Part shown: one piece after another, positions 25,921 through 36,045 of the stretch
How positions within the stretch are numbered: position 1 is the stretch's first letter
Layout: each line of letters opens with the position of its first letter
Origin: a phage
Direction: 5' to 3' (one strand)
Sequence record: PX309103.1
DNA: 39,129 nucleotides
Notes under the pieces: generated by a model
Databases searched by the model: none
What the model was told of the DNA's origin: nothing
The model's input: only the letters and a program-made list of their open reading frames with translations
Program-made: the position numbers and the translations under genes

Positions 25921-28203
25921 ATGGCTAGTAATATTGAATCAGCTCTGGCTAATCGGACTATGGGTCGCGGCAGAGCGCCGGGTAAAACTATCGCCGTCAA
26001 CTATCAAGCAGCCAACGTTCAGGCTCCGACTGGGGACTCCGGTCTGGCTCGTGCGTTAACCAACTTCGTTGAGTCTGGGACTGGATTGTACAAGCAGTTC
26101 AAGGACGAGGAGAAGACCAGAGCTGACGAGCGGTCTAACGAGATTATCCGTAAGCTGACACCTCAGCAAAGACGTGAGGCTATCCAGAACGGTACACTGC
26201 TGTATCAGGACGACCCTTACGCTATGGAAGCACTTCGAGTCAAGACAGGTCGTAACGCTGCCTTTGCGGTGGATGACGAGATTAACGTTAAGATTCAGAA
26301 CGGTGAGTTCCGTACACGTCAGGACATGGAAGAGTATCGCCACCAGCGACTTCAGGACGCCGCTAAGTCCTATGCTGAAGAGGCTGGTATCAACCCTACC
26401 GACGAGTTCTTCCAGCGTGGGTTCAACGATAACATCACAGACCGCAACATCGCTATCTATGGGTCTTTCAATAAGTATTTCAGCAAGCAGTCTGAAGAGA
26501 CAGCAATGTTGAACACTCGTATTGAGATGAACTCATTCCTGAACGATGGCGACCTGATGCGTTCACCCGAGTCTGGCAAGACATTCATGGCCTACCTTCG
26601 TGATGGACTGACTACTGCTGCTATCCCCTCGGACCAGCGAGCGCGGGAGGTCATTACCCAGACGGTCCGTGACGCAATCCAGAAGTCAGGCGGCTCAACC
26701 TTCCTACAGCAAGTACGAGGCGAGCGAATCACCCTTAACGGCGTTGATGCTACAGTCGAAGAGATTGTAGGACCTGATGTCTTCAACGCTGCTATTGTCG
26801 AGGCACAAGGAACTGAGTACAAGCTGGTGGCTAAGTATCAGGAAGACTTAGCGTTAGGCGTTCAGTCTGCGATTCTTCAGGACGACCCCACCATCGGCCT
26901 TGCCCAGATTCAGAAACTCAAGGAGCAGAACAACCTGCTTCAGCCGGGTGAAGAACTAACGCCTCAGCGTCAGATGCTTATTAATGCCGAAGCCAGCTTG
27001 CTGGAAGCGGTCAAGCGTAAGTCCGCTGAACAGGCTAAGGAGAACACTAAGTTAATCCAGACCCAGAACAAGCAACTTGTCATCGACCAAGTGTATCAGC
27101 GACGTCTGGCTGGGGACAACGTGTCCACCAGCTATGAGGACCTTCCGGTCTCTGAAGCTACAGGAGAGTTCAAGCGTTCAGACATGAACAACTATGCGTC
27201 TGCTAAGCTACAGCAGATTGACCAGATGGACATCCCTGAGGCTTCTAAGGACGCCCAGAAGGTTGCATTGTTAAGGGCTGACACTAACAACGGTCCGTTC
27301 CGTAATGCCTTCCAGACTCTTACTCAGGACGCTGCTGGTGAGTGGCAAGCTGCGGTCATCCGTGGGCAGTACGACCCAGACAAGATGCAACGCTTCGAAT
27401 CTCTTCGTCGTGCCTACACTCAGGACCCTTCAAGTTTTGCTGCTCTGTATCCTGACCAAGCTCAGTTGTTCTCTACGTTCGACCAGATGGACAAGATAGG
27501 TCTGGACCCTCAGACGATGATTGAAGCTGATAAGCAAGCTGCAAGTCAAAGCCGTGAGATGCGCATGGAGTCAGACAAGGCGTGGCAGGAGTTGAAGAAC
27601 GACTCTCGGAATAAGGACCTTTCGCGTCTTCCTACGTCTCTGGACGCAAGTGCTCGTAAGGTCTGGGACTCATGGTACTATCGTACAGGTAACGCTGACG
27701 CTGCAACTCAGCAGACTCAACGCTGGCTGAATGAGAACACCGTAACGTTCCAGTCTGAAGGTTCTGATGGTAAGTCAATCGGCATGGTGTCCAAGCACCA
27801 GCTTATGGTCGGGGATAACCCAGAGTCGTGGCAGGTTGGTCGAGACATTATCGACACCGCTCGTAAGCAGCTCATTAAGGCCAACCCTTGGGTAGTGAAC
27901 TCTCAGTTGTCCGTTGTTGAACAGAACGGCTCTATCTTCCTCCAAGACGCTACAGGGACTATTCGTATTCGCTACGATAAAGAACTTGTAGGTAAACTCT
28001 ACCGCGAACAACAGCAGAAGGCACAAGATGCCGCATACGCTCAGGCAGAACGTGACGCTAACAAGCGAGCGCGTATCGTCGGGACTAAAGCTGCTGGTGA
28101 CAAACGTCGAGCTGACCGAGAGGCCAACATCGAGAAGCGCGGTGGGATGTACAATGACGTCTCACTGGAGGGTATCGCAAACGTACTAATTGGTAAGGAG
28201 TAA
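25921..28203 (+). CDS. Internal virion (core) protein C (gp15 family)
   Basis: 760 aa, in synteny with T7 gene 15. Confidence 0.85.
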   Translation: MASNIESALANRTMGRGRAPGKTIAVNYQAANVQAPTGDSGLARALTNFVESGTGLYKQFKDEEKTRADERSNEIIRKLTPQQRREAIQNGTLLYQDDPYAMEALRVKTGRNAAFAVDDEINVKIQNGEFRTRQDMEEYRHQRLQDAAKSYAEEAGINPTDEFFQRGFNDNITDRNIAIYGSFNKYFSKQSEETAMLNTRIEMNSFLNDGDLMRSPESGKTFMAYLRDGLTTAAIPSDQRAREVITQTVRDAIQKSGGSTFLQQVRGERITLNGVDATVEEIVGPDVFNAAIVEAQGTEYKLVAKYQEDLALGVQSAILQDDPTIGLAQIQKLKEQNNLLQPGEELTPQRQMLINAEASLLEAVKRKSAEQAKENTKLIQTQNKQLVIDQVYQRRLAGDNVSTSYEDLPVSEATGEFKRSDMNNYASAKLQQIDQMDIPEASKDAQKVALLRADTNNGPFRNAFQTLTQDAAGEWQAAVIRGQYDPDKMQRFESLRRAYTQDPSSFAALYPDQAQLFSTFDQMDKIGLDPQTMIEADKQAASQSREMRMESDKAWQELKNDSRNKDLSRLPTSLDASARKVWDSWYYRTGNADAATQQTQRWLNENTVTFQSEGSDGKSIGMVSKHQLMVGDNPESWQVGRDIIDTARKQLIKANPWVVNSQLSVVEQNGSIFLQDATGTIRIRYDKELVGKLYREQQQKAQDAAYAQAERDANKRARIVGTKAAGDKRRADREANIEKRGGMYNDVSLEGIANVLIGKE

Positions 28204-28207
28204 CATA

Positions 28208-31200
28208 ATGGCGACTCGTGGTATTCGCAATAACAATCCGGGTAACATCCGGGTAAGTAAGGACCAATGGGAAGGAATGACTGGAGATGATGGCGCATTC
28301 GTCACCTTCGATAGTCCAGAGTCTGGCGTCCGAGCTTTAGGTAAAAACCTGCTGTCCTACGGTCGCCAAGGTTATGACTCCATCGAGAAGATTATCAACC
28401 GATGGGCACCTCCTAACGAGAACGAAACTAAGGCTTATATCGACTCAGTGGTGGCTGCAACTGGTATTCCAGCTACCCAGAGTCTCGACCTATCGAACCC
28501 GGACACCCTGTCTGCTCTGGCGCAAGCTATTAGCTTCCATGAGACAGGCTCCCGGTACAATCCAGAAGTCTATCAGAAGGGAGTCGCAAGAGCACTCAAT
28601 GGTATCAGCCCAAAGACTCCACCAGTAAGCGCTAACGTATTTGACGCACTCACGGAAGGACTCAAGGCTAAACCTAAAGTAGCTCTGGGCGAGAACCTTC
28701 CGACCGCTGCTGGTCTAAACATTGAGGGTCAAGCACCTGAAGCTCCCAACGAATCGTTCGGTGAGATGTTCTATAAGTCTACTGGCGAGACCATGCAGGA
28801 ACGAGAGGATCGCTCTACGTGGTTCGGTTTCGGCTCGGCTACAGAAGCTGAAGTGAAGAACTCTATGGTCGGCGTGGCTATCCGCGCTGGTCAGACCGAG
28901 GACTCGCTTGATGTCATTGGCGATGTGTTCAACCCTACCCGCTGGAACAACCATAAGTGGTCTCGTGAGGAGCTGGACCAGATTCGTAACGCTGGAGTTC
29001 TCCCTCAGTATTACGGTGTCATTACTGGTGGCTCCCCTCAGAACCTGACCGAGCTTATTAACTTAGCGCTTGAGAACCAGAAGTTGGACCAAGAGAAGGC
29101 CAAGGCTGGGACTGGTGCTCAGTTAGCTGCTGGTGTTATTGGCGCTGGTGTGGACCCTCTGACCTACGTTCCTATCGCTGGACAGATTGGTAAAGGTGGC
29201 AAGCTGGTCAACAAGATGTTCACCGTGGCTGCTCAATCTGGAGCACTTGCTGGTGTATCAGAGGCGGCCCGTACCTCAGTGGCTGGTGGTGATGCTCATG
29301 TGGCTGAGGCTATCCTTGGTGGTGCTCTCTTCGGCGGAGGTATGACTGCTATCGCTGATGGTTTAGGCAGAGCCTTAGGTCGCAACACTAATGAGTTTGC
29401 TGGTCCAGCTACACGTCTGGAAGCTCGTGAGACCGCTCGTAACGTTGATGGTCAGGACCTGTCTCGTCTCCCTATTCAGGAAGGTGAGCCGACCTTTAGT
29501 CATCAAGGCGTTAAGTTCGCTGACGTTCCGAATGAGCCGGGTAGTGTGCGGCTGGAGGATGGTTCAATCCTGATTGGTGAGAACCCTTTGAATCCTAAGA
29601 CACGTAAAGTCTTTGACGAAGTGATTGAGCCTGAACGTGCCGCTGCTGGTGTGAACCTTGGTGGACTTACCGAGATTGGCCTGAAGCTGCTTCGGTCTGA
29701 GAACCCAGAGATTCGTGGAGTCGCTGCTGACTTAGTGCGTTCACCAACCGGTATGCAGTCAGGGGCCTCAGGTAAAATCGGGACCACTGCGTCAGACGTA
29801 TTCGAGAGACTTCGTGCTGTGGACCATCGGTTCTACAACGACATCGACGATGCGGTTACTGAGGCACTAAAGGACCCATACTTCCAGACAGCATTCTGGC
29901 GAGACTCTGGCGCATTCCGTCAGGACATCTACCAGCGTGTGTCTATGGCTATTGAAGACGGAAGTGGGATCCTGAAGGCTGAACTGACTCCGGGAGAACT
30001 GAAAGTCTATGACCTACTGAAGAACCAGTTTGACGCCAAGCGTGAGATGATGGAGAACCCGGCGATGTTTGGTCGTCCAGACGCTCAGTCTATCTTTCCG
30101 GGTAGCCGCTTCAAGGGAACCTACGTCCCTCATGTGTATAGCAAACAGATGAAGGAGCTGTACACCAAGGAGCTTGGGAGTCCAGAGGCGTTGCAGGAGG
30201 CCATCAAGAAGTCATGGTTGACCAGCTATGCGTCTCGACCTGAAGTCAAGAAACGCGTGGACGAGGCACTCTTAGAGTCTGACCCTACGTTGACTCCAGA
30301 GGGACTTGCTGCTGCGGTCGATAAGTACGCCAACGATAAGGCTTACGGTATCTCCCACACCGAGCAGTTCGAACGTTCATCCGTAATGGAAGAGAACATC
30401 AACGGTCTGGTTGGTCTGGAGAACAACAGCTTCCTTGAGGCTCGTAACCTGTTCGATAGCGATATGTCAATCGTCCTACCTAACGGTCAGACCTTCAGTG
30501 TCAACAACCTGCGTGAGTGGGACATGGACAAGATTGTCCCGGCCTACAACCGTCGAGTTAATGGCGATATTGCTATCATGGCTGGTACAGGCAAAACCAC
30601 GAAGGACATGAAGGACTTGGTTGAGACCATGATGAACAAGGCTGGGGATGACGGTAAGTTGAAAGGTGAAGTATCTACCTTACGTGACACCTTGAAGATT
30701 CTAACTGGTCGTTCTCGACGTGATGGTGCTGATGATGCAGCCTTCGCTACCGTGATGCGCACAATGACAGACCTATCGTTCTTCGCTAAGAATGCCTACA
30801 TGGGTGTTCAGAACTTAACGGAGATTGGTGGTATGCTGGCTCGTGGCAACGTTCGTGCAATGCTGCATGGAGTCCCGATTTTCCGTGACCTAGCCTTCCG
30901 TAACAAGAAGGTTGGGGCCTCAGAGATTAAGGACCTGCACAATGTTATCTTCGGTAAGGAACTGGATGACTCAATCCGTCCGTCTAAACAGGATGTCATT
31001 GACCGTCTGCGATCTTACAGTGACCTCGGTCGTGGTACAGCTACAGCTCTGGGGACTGCCAAGTATTACACTGGCGAACTTGCAGTACGCTCTCCGTTCA
31101 CTAAAGTCCTCAACGGTACGACCAACTACCTGTTAGATGCTGGACGTCAAGGCTTCCTGTCTGACATCGTGGAGCATAGCCTGACTGGTAGTAAGCGTAA

Positions 31201-32095
31201 GTTCGATGACCGCTGGCTTAAGACCGCTGGTATCTCTGACGAGCAGTGGAAGGGCATTAAGTCCCTCATCCGTGAGTCAGTGACTCGTGGTCCAGACGGG
31301 AAGTACACCATCAAGGATAAGAAGGCGTTCAGTCAGGACCCAAGGGCTATGGACCTGTGGCGTATGGGTGACACCATCGCTGATGAAACGTTACTCCGTC
31401 CTCATAAGCTGTCCAACATGGACGCCAAGGCTTATGGTCCTATCGCTAAGACTGTCCTTCAGTTTAAGAACTTCGTCATCAAGTCCATCAATGGGCGAAC
31501 CATGCGTACCTTCTATAACGCCACGAAGAACAACCGAGCGATGGACGCTGCCCTGTCCACTGTGATGTCTATGGGTCTTGCTGGTATCTACTACATGGCT
31601 CAGGTTCATATCAAGGCTTACGCTATGCAGGATGGTCGAGACCGTGACTACCTCAAGCAAGCTCTAGACCCGACGATGATTGGATATGCAGCTCTATCAC
31701 GTAGTTCACACCTTGGTGGACCACTTGGGGTAGCTAACATTCTAGGTGGCATCGCTGGATATGAGGACACTAAGATGCTCCGTTCGTCTATCCTACCTCG
31801 TTCGCCCACAGAGAAGCCTGAACGTGCCATCGCGTATGGTGCAGCTACAAGTGACCCTGTGATGAATGTTGTTGGTAACTTCTTGGAGCAGGTTCCAGCT
31901 TTCGGATATGCTGCTAACGTTGGTGCTTCGGCTTATAACTTGGCTGGCTACCTGAAGGCCGACACTCGTGTCAACGAGCGTGACTACATAACCGGGATGT
32001 ATAACACCTTCCGTGAACTGGTACCGAACGACCCGATTACTCAGAAGTTGTTACTGGGAACGTTTGAGGAGCAAGGTATCCACATCAAGGACTAA
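28208..32095 (+). CDS. Internal virion (core) protein D (gp16 family) with divergent N-terminal domain
   Basis: About 1295 aa; from about residue 200 onward similar to T7 gp16 (GAGVDPLTYVP, RLEARETARN, PHVYS); start ATG 28208 with AAGGAG RBS. Confidence 0.9.
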   Translation: MATRGIRNNNPGNIRVSKDQWEGMTGDDGAFVTFDSPESGVRALGKNLLSYGRQGYDSIEKIINRWAPPNENETKAYIDSVVAATGIPATQSLDLSNPDTLSALAQAISFHETGSRYNPEVYQKGVARALNGISPKTPPVSANVFDALTEGLKAKPKVALGENLPTAAGLNIEGQAPEAPNESFGEMFYKSTGETMQEREDRSTWFGFGSATEAEVKNSMVGVAIRAGQTEDSLDVIGDVFNPTRWNNHKWSREELDQIRNAGVLPQYYGVITGGSPQNLTELINLALENQKLDQEKAKAGTGAQLAAGVIGAGVDPLTYVPIAGQIGKGGKLVNKMFTVAAQSGALAGVSEAARTSVAGGDAHVAEAILGGALFGGGMTAIADGLGRALGRNTNEFAGPATRLEARETARNVDGQDLSRLPIQEGEPTFSHQGVKFADVPNEPGSVRLEDGSILIGENPLNPKTRKVFDEVIEPERAAAGVNLGGLTEIGLKLLRSENPEIRGVAADLVRSPTGMQSGASGKIGTTASDVFERLRAVDHRFYNDIDDAVTEALKDPYFQTAFWRDSGAFRQDIYQRVSMAIEDGSGILKAELTPGELKVYDLLKNQFDAKREMMENPAMFGRPDAQSIFPGSRFKGTYVPHVYSKQMKELYTKELGSPEALQEAIKKSWLTSYASRPEVKKRVDEALLESDPTLTPEGLAAAVDKYANDKAYGISHTEQFERSSVMEENINGLVGLENNSFLEARNLFDSDMSIVLPNGQTFSVNNLREWDMDKIVPAYNRRVNGDIAIMAGTGKTTKDMKDLVETMMNKAGDDGKLKGEVSTLRDTLKILTGRSRRDGADDAAFATVMRTMTDLSFFAKNAYMGVQNLTEIGGMLARGNVRAMLHGVPIFRDLAFRNKKVGASEIKDLHNVIFGKELDDSIRPSKQDVIDRLRSYSDLGRGTATALGTAKYYTGELAVRSPFTKVLNGTTNYLLDAGRQGFLSDIVEHSLTGSKRKFDDRWLKTAGISDEQWKGIKSLIRESVTRGPDGKYTIKDKKAFSQDPRAMDLWRMGDTIADETLLRPHKLSNMDAKAYGPIAKTVLQFKNFVIKSINGRTMRTFYNATKNNRAMDAALSTVMSMGLAGIYYMAQVHIKAYAMQDGRDRDYLKQALDPTMIGYAALSRSSHLGGPLGVANILGGIAGYEDTKMLRSSILPRSPTEKPERAIAYGAATSDPVMNVVGNFLEQVPAFGYAANVGASAYNLAGYLKADTRVNERDYITGMYNTFRELVPNDPITQKLLLGTFEEQGIHIKD

Positions 32096-32114
32096 ACTAT
32101 CACTATAGGAAACT
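32092..32114 (+). promoter_or_regulatory. Phage RNAP promoter (phi17-like)
   Basis: TAAACTATCACTATAGGAAAC. Confidence 0.85.
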
Positions 32115-32159
32115 GGAGGCGCTACCATAGGTCTCCGTTTAAATAACAAAGGAGGCATA

Positions 32160-35100
32160 ATGTCCACGATTACACAATTCCCTTCAGGAAACACTCAGTA
32201 CAGGATTGAGTTCGACTACCTAGCCAGAACGTTTGTTGTTGTTACGCTGGTGAATAGCTCTAACCCTACCCTGAACCGTGTACTGGAAGTTGGTCGAGAT
32301 TACCGATTCCTTAATCCAACGATGATTGAGATGTTGGTTGACCAATCAGGTTTCGACATCGTTCGTATTCACCGTCAGACTGGAACTGACTTAGTGGTAG
32401 ACTTCAGGAATGGCTCAGTGTTGACAGCTAGTGACCTGACCAATTCAGAGCTTCAGGCTATCCATATTGCAGAAGAAGGTCGAGACCAAACGGTTGACTT
32501 AGCGAAGGAATATGCCGATGCTGCTAGTAGCTCTGCTGGCAACGCTAAGGATAGCGAGGACGAAGCACGACGAATCGCTGAGAGTATCAGGGAAGCTGGT
32601 CTAATTGGCTATATTACCCGTCGCTCCTTCGAGAAAGGCTACAACGTTACAACATGGAGCGAGGTCCTGCTATGGGAAGAGGATGGTGATTATTACCGCT
32701 GGGATGGTACGCTTCCAAAGAACGTTCCTGCTGGTTCAACTCCTGAAACTTCCGGTGGGATTGGATTAGGTGCGTGGGTTAGTGTTGGTGATGCTGCTTT
32801 AAGAAGTCAGATTTCAAACCCGGAAGGGGCAATACTCTACCCTGAATTACATAGAGCACGCTGGCTTGATGAAAAAGATGTCCGTGGTTGGGGTGCTAAA
32901 GGGGATGGTGTCACTGATGATACAGCAGCGTTAACGAGCGCATTAAACGACACACCGGTTGGACAAAGGCTTAATGGCAATGGGAAGACATATAAGGTCA
33001 CATCCCTGCCTGACATTAGTCGCTTCATCAACACTCGTTTCGTTTATGAGCGCATTCCCGGACAACCTCTTTATTATGTCTCTGAAGAATTTGTTCAGGG
33101 TGAGCTGTTCAAGATAACGGACACCCCTTATTACAATGCGTGGCCTCAGGATAAAGCGTTCGTATATGAGAATGTGATATATGCACCTTACATGGGTAGC
33201 GATCGTCATGGTGTTAGCCGTCTTCACGTATCATGGGTTAAGTCTGGTGATGATGGTCAAACATGGTCTACTCCAGAGTGGTTAACTGATCTGCATCCAG
33301 ATTACCCTACAGTGAACTATCATTGTATGAGTATGGGTGTATGTCGCAACCGTCTGTTTGCCATGATTGAAACACGTACTTTAGCCAAGAACGCATTAAC
33401 CAATTGTGCATTGTGGGATCGCCCCATGTCTCGTAGCCTGCATCTCACTGGTGGTATTACGAAGGCAGCAAATCAGCGATATGCAACAATCCATGTACCT
33501 GATCACGGGCTGTTCGTGGGTGACTTTGTTAACTTCTCTAACTCTGCGGTAACAGGTGTGTCAGGTGATATGAAGGTTGCAACGGTAATAGATAAGGACA
33601 GCTTCACGGTTCTTACACCTAACCAGCAGGACTCAGATTTGAATAACGCTGGAAAGAACTGGCATATGGGTACTTCATTCCATAAATCGCCATGGCGTAA
33701 GACAGATCTTGGCTTAATTCCTCGTGTGACTGAAGTTCATAGCTTTTCTGCTATTGATAACAATGGCTTTGTTATGGGTTATCACCAAGGTGATGTAGCT
33801 CCACGCGAAGTTGGACTATTCTACTTCCCTAACGCTTTCGATAATCCGGCTAACTATGTTCGTCGTCAGATACCTTCAGAGTATGAGCCAGATGCCTCAG
33901 AACCCTGCATCAAGTATTACGATGGTGTATTGTACCTCATCACCCGTGGCACTAGGAGCGATAGACTAGGTAGCTCTTTGCATCGTAGTAGAGACATAGG
34001 TCAGACTTGGGAGTCACTGAGATTTCCACATAATGTTCATCATACTACATTGCCTTTTGCTAAAGTAGGGGATGACCTTATTATGTTTGGTTCAGAACGT
34101 GCAGAAAATGAATGGGAAGCAGGTGCACCAGATGATCGTTACAAGGCATCTTATCCTCGCACCTTCTATGCACGCTTGAATGTAAACAATTGGAATGCAG
34201 ATGGTATTGAATGGGTTAACATCACTGACCAGATTTATCAGGGCGGAATAGTTAACTCAGGTGTAGGTGTTGGTTCGGTAGTTGTGAAGGATAGTTACAT
34301 CTACTACATGTTTGGTGGAGAGGACCATTTTAACCCATGGACATATGGAGATAACTCAGCGAGGGATCCATTCAAATCAGACGGTCATCCCTCAGATTTG
34401 TATTGCTACAAAATGAAGATTGGCCCAGACAATCGTGTTTCAAGGGATTTCAGGTATGGTGCTGTACCTAACAGAGCTGTTCCCGTGTTTTTTGATACGA
34501 ATGGGATTCGCACTGTTCCTGCGCCAATGGAATTTACAGGGGATTTGGGTTTAGGTCATGTGACCATTAGAGCCAGCACCAGTAGTAACATTCGCTCTGA
34601 AGTTTTAATGGAAGGTGAATATGGGTTTATCGGAAAATCTATACCGACTGATAACCCGGCAGGGCAGCGCATCATGTTTTGCGGGGGTGAAGGCACCAGT
34701 GCAACGACTGGCGCACAGATTACGCTTTATGGTGCAAATAACACCGACTCAAGGCGAATAGTTTACAACGGAGATGAGCATCTATTTCAGAGTGCTGATG
34801 TTAAGCCTTATAACGATAACGTCACTGCGCTTGGTGGGCCTAGAAACCGTTTCACCACTGCATACCTCGGAAGTAACCCTATTGTTACTTCTAACGGGGA
34901 GAGGAAAACAGAGCCGGTAGTTTTTGATGATGCTTTCCTTGATGCCTGGAGTGACGTTCACTACATCATGTACCAGTGGTTAGATGCTGTTCAACTGAAA
35001 GGCAATGATGCTCGTATTCACTTCGGGGTTATTGCTCAGCAAATTCGTGATGTATTCATTGCACATGGGCTGATGGACGAAAACAGTACGAATTGTCGTT

Positions 35101-35354
35101 ATGCTGTTCTGTGCTATGACAAGTATCCACGGATGACCGATACGGTATTTTCGCACAATGAAATCATTGAACACACTGACGAGGAGGGTAATGTCACCAC
35201 TACGGAAGAACCTGTATACACCGAGGTGGTTATTCACGAAGAGGGTGAGGAGTGGGGTGTTCGGCCTGACGGAATTTTCTTTGCTGAAGCCGCTTATCAG
35301 AGAAGAAAACTGGAAAGAATCGAAGCCAGACTTTCTGCTCTTGAACAGAAGTAA
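32160..35354 (+). CDS. Tailspike endosialidase (endo-N-acetylneuraminidase) with gp17-like N-terminal adaptor and C-terminal intramolecular chaperone domain
   Basis: 1064 aa; N-terminus FDYLARTFVVVTL resembles T7 gp17 N-domain; central region with GDGVTDDT; C-terminal domain typical of auto-cleaving chaperone domains; recalled resemblance to phage K1F endoNF. Confidence 0.9.
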   Translation: MSTITQFPSGNTQYRIEFDYLARTFVVVTLVNSSNPTLNRVLEVGRDYRFLNPTMIEMLVDQSGFDIVRIHRQTGTDLVVDFRNGSVLTASDLTNSELQAIHIAEEGRDQTVDLAKEYADAASSSAGNAKDSEDEARRIAESIREAGLIGYITRRSFEKGYNVTTWSEVLLWEEDGDYYRWDGTLPKNVPAGSTPETSGGIGLGAWVSVGDAALRSQISNPEGAILYPELHRARWLDEKDVRGWGAKGDGVTDDTAALTSALNDTPVGQRLNGNGKTYKVTSLPDISRFINTRFVYERIPGQPLYYVSEEFVQGELFKITDTPYYNAWPQDKAFVYENVIYAPYMGSDRHGVSRLHVSWVKSGDDGQTWSTPEWLTDLHPDYPTVNYHCMSMGVCRNRLFAMIETRTLAKNALTNCALWDRPMSRSLHLTGGITKAANQRYATIHVPDHGLFVGDFVNFSNSAVTGVSGDMKVATVIDKDSFTVLTPNQQDSDLNNAGKNWHMGTSFHKSPWRKTDLGLIPRVTEVHSFSAIDNNGFVMGYHQGDVAPREVGLFYFPNAFDNPANYVRRQIPSEYEPDASEPCIKYYDGVLYLITRGTRSDRLGSSLHRSRDIGQTWESLRFPHNVHHTTLPFAKVGDDLIMFGSERAENEWEAGAPDDRYKASYPRTFYARLNVNNWNADGIEWVNITDQIYQGGIVNSGVGVGSVVVKDSYIYYMFGGEDHFNPWTYGDNSARDPFKSDGHPSDLYCYKMKIGPDNRVSRDFRYGAVPNRAVPVFFDTNGIRTVPAPMEFTGDLGLGHVTIRASTSSNIRSEVLMEGEYGFIGKSIPTDNPAGQRIMFCGGEGTSATTGAQITLYGANNTDSRRIVYNGDEHLFQSADVKPYNDNVTALGGPRNRFTTAYLGSNPIVTSNGERKTEPVVFDDAFLDAWSDVHYIMYQWLDAVQLKGNDARIHFGVIAQQIRDVFIAHGLMDENSTNCRYAVLCYDKYPRMTDTVFSHNEIIEHTDEEGNVTTTEEPVYTEVVIHEEGEEWGVRPDGIFFAEAAYQRRKLERIEARLSALEQK

Positions 35355-35489
35355 TAAACAAAACCATTTTGCCATTAAGTTGGTGGGGGGTAGATGTTAG
35401 AAAGTTGCGGAGGTAGAGGCTAACTACACGCTAACCAACGTATGTAACAACTTTGGGTCACGGACGACCCGCTTTAAACTGGAGGTTTT

Positions 35490-35684
35490 ATGATTGAGTT
35501 AGACTTCAAGAATGAGGTCCTTAAAGCCTCTCCTATCGTCGGGACCGCTGCGGCTGATGGTGCCAGTCGGTTCTTCTTTGGACTTACACTGAACGAATGG
35601 TTCTACGTTGCAGCTATCGCGTACACCGTTGTCCAGATTGGTGTGCTAGTCTACAAAACGATTAAAGGAGGTGGTAAAACATGA
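35490..35684 (+). CDS. Holin (gp17.5 family)
   Basis: 64 aa; FFGLTLNEWFYVAAIAYTVVQIG matches T7 gp17.5. Confidence 0.88.
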   Translation: MIELDFKNEVLKASPIVGTAAADGASRFFFGLTLNEWFYVAAIAYTVVQIGVLVYKTIKGGGKT

Positions 35685-35944
35685 CGCAGATGGACTTAGA
35701 GAAGTTCCTCTTGATGCTTGATACTGAGCGTGCTCGACTTATGCTGCAAGACTTGCGGGATGACACTAAGCGTTCACCTCAGCTCTATAACGCCATTGAG
35801 AAGCTGCTTGCTCGTCACAACTTTGTGTTAAGTAAGGTGTCTATGGACGAGAAGACGCTGGCTGATATGGAGGCCCTGAACGCAGAGTACGATAAGGTGC
35901 TTTCAGCGACTGAGGATAATGACACAGGGTATGGTGTTCAATAA
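35681..35944 (+). CDS. Terminase small subunit / DNA maturation protein A (gp18 family)
   Basis: RSPQLYNAIEKLLARH matches T7 gp18. Confidence 0.88.
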   Translation: MTQMDLEKFLLMLDTERARLMLQDLRDDTKRSPQLYNAIEKLLARHNFVLSKVSMDEKTLADMEALNAEYDKVLSATEDNDTGYGVQ

Positions 35945-35955
35945 GTGTTAGACTC

Positions 35956-35982
35956 AAGGTCATTACTATATGTAGTGGCCTT
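35956..35982 (+). promoter_or_regulatory. Conserved hairpin, RNase III-site-like (R18.5 position)
   Basis: AAGGUCAUUAC / GUAGUGGCCUU stem with UAUAU loop; third copy of the conserved element. Confidence 0.6.
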
Positions 35983-36045
35983 TATGGTTAACACTAACTA
36001 GTGGAGGCGACTCTACGTGAAATCTGATAAACCGGGAGGGCAACT

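Noticed and set aside
35354-35489. Possible terminator or small hairpin (GGGTCACGGACGACCC) after the tailspike gene
   Set aside because: Only a 5-bp stem with no following U-run; insufficient to call a terminator
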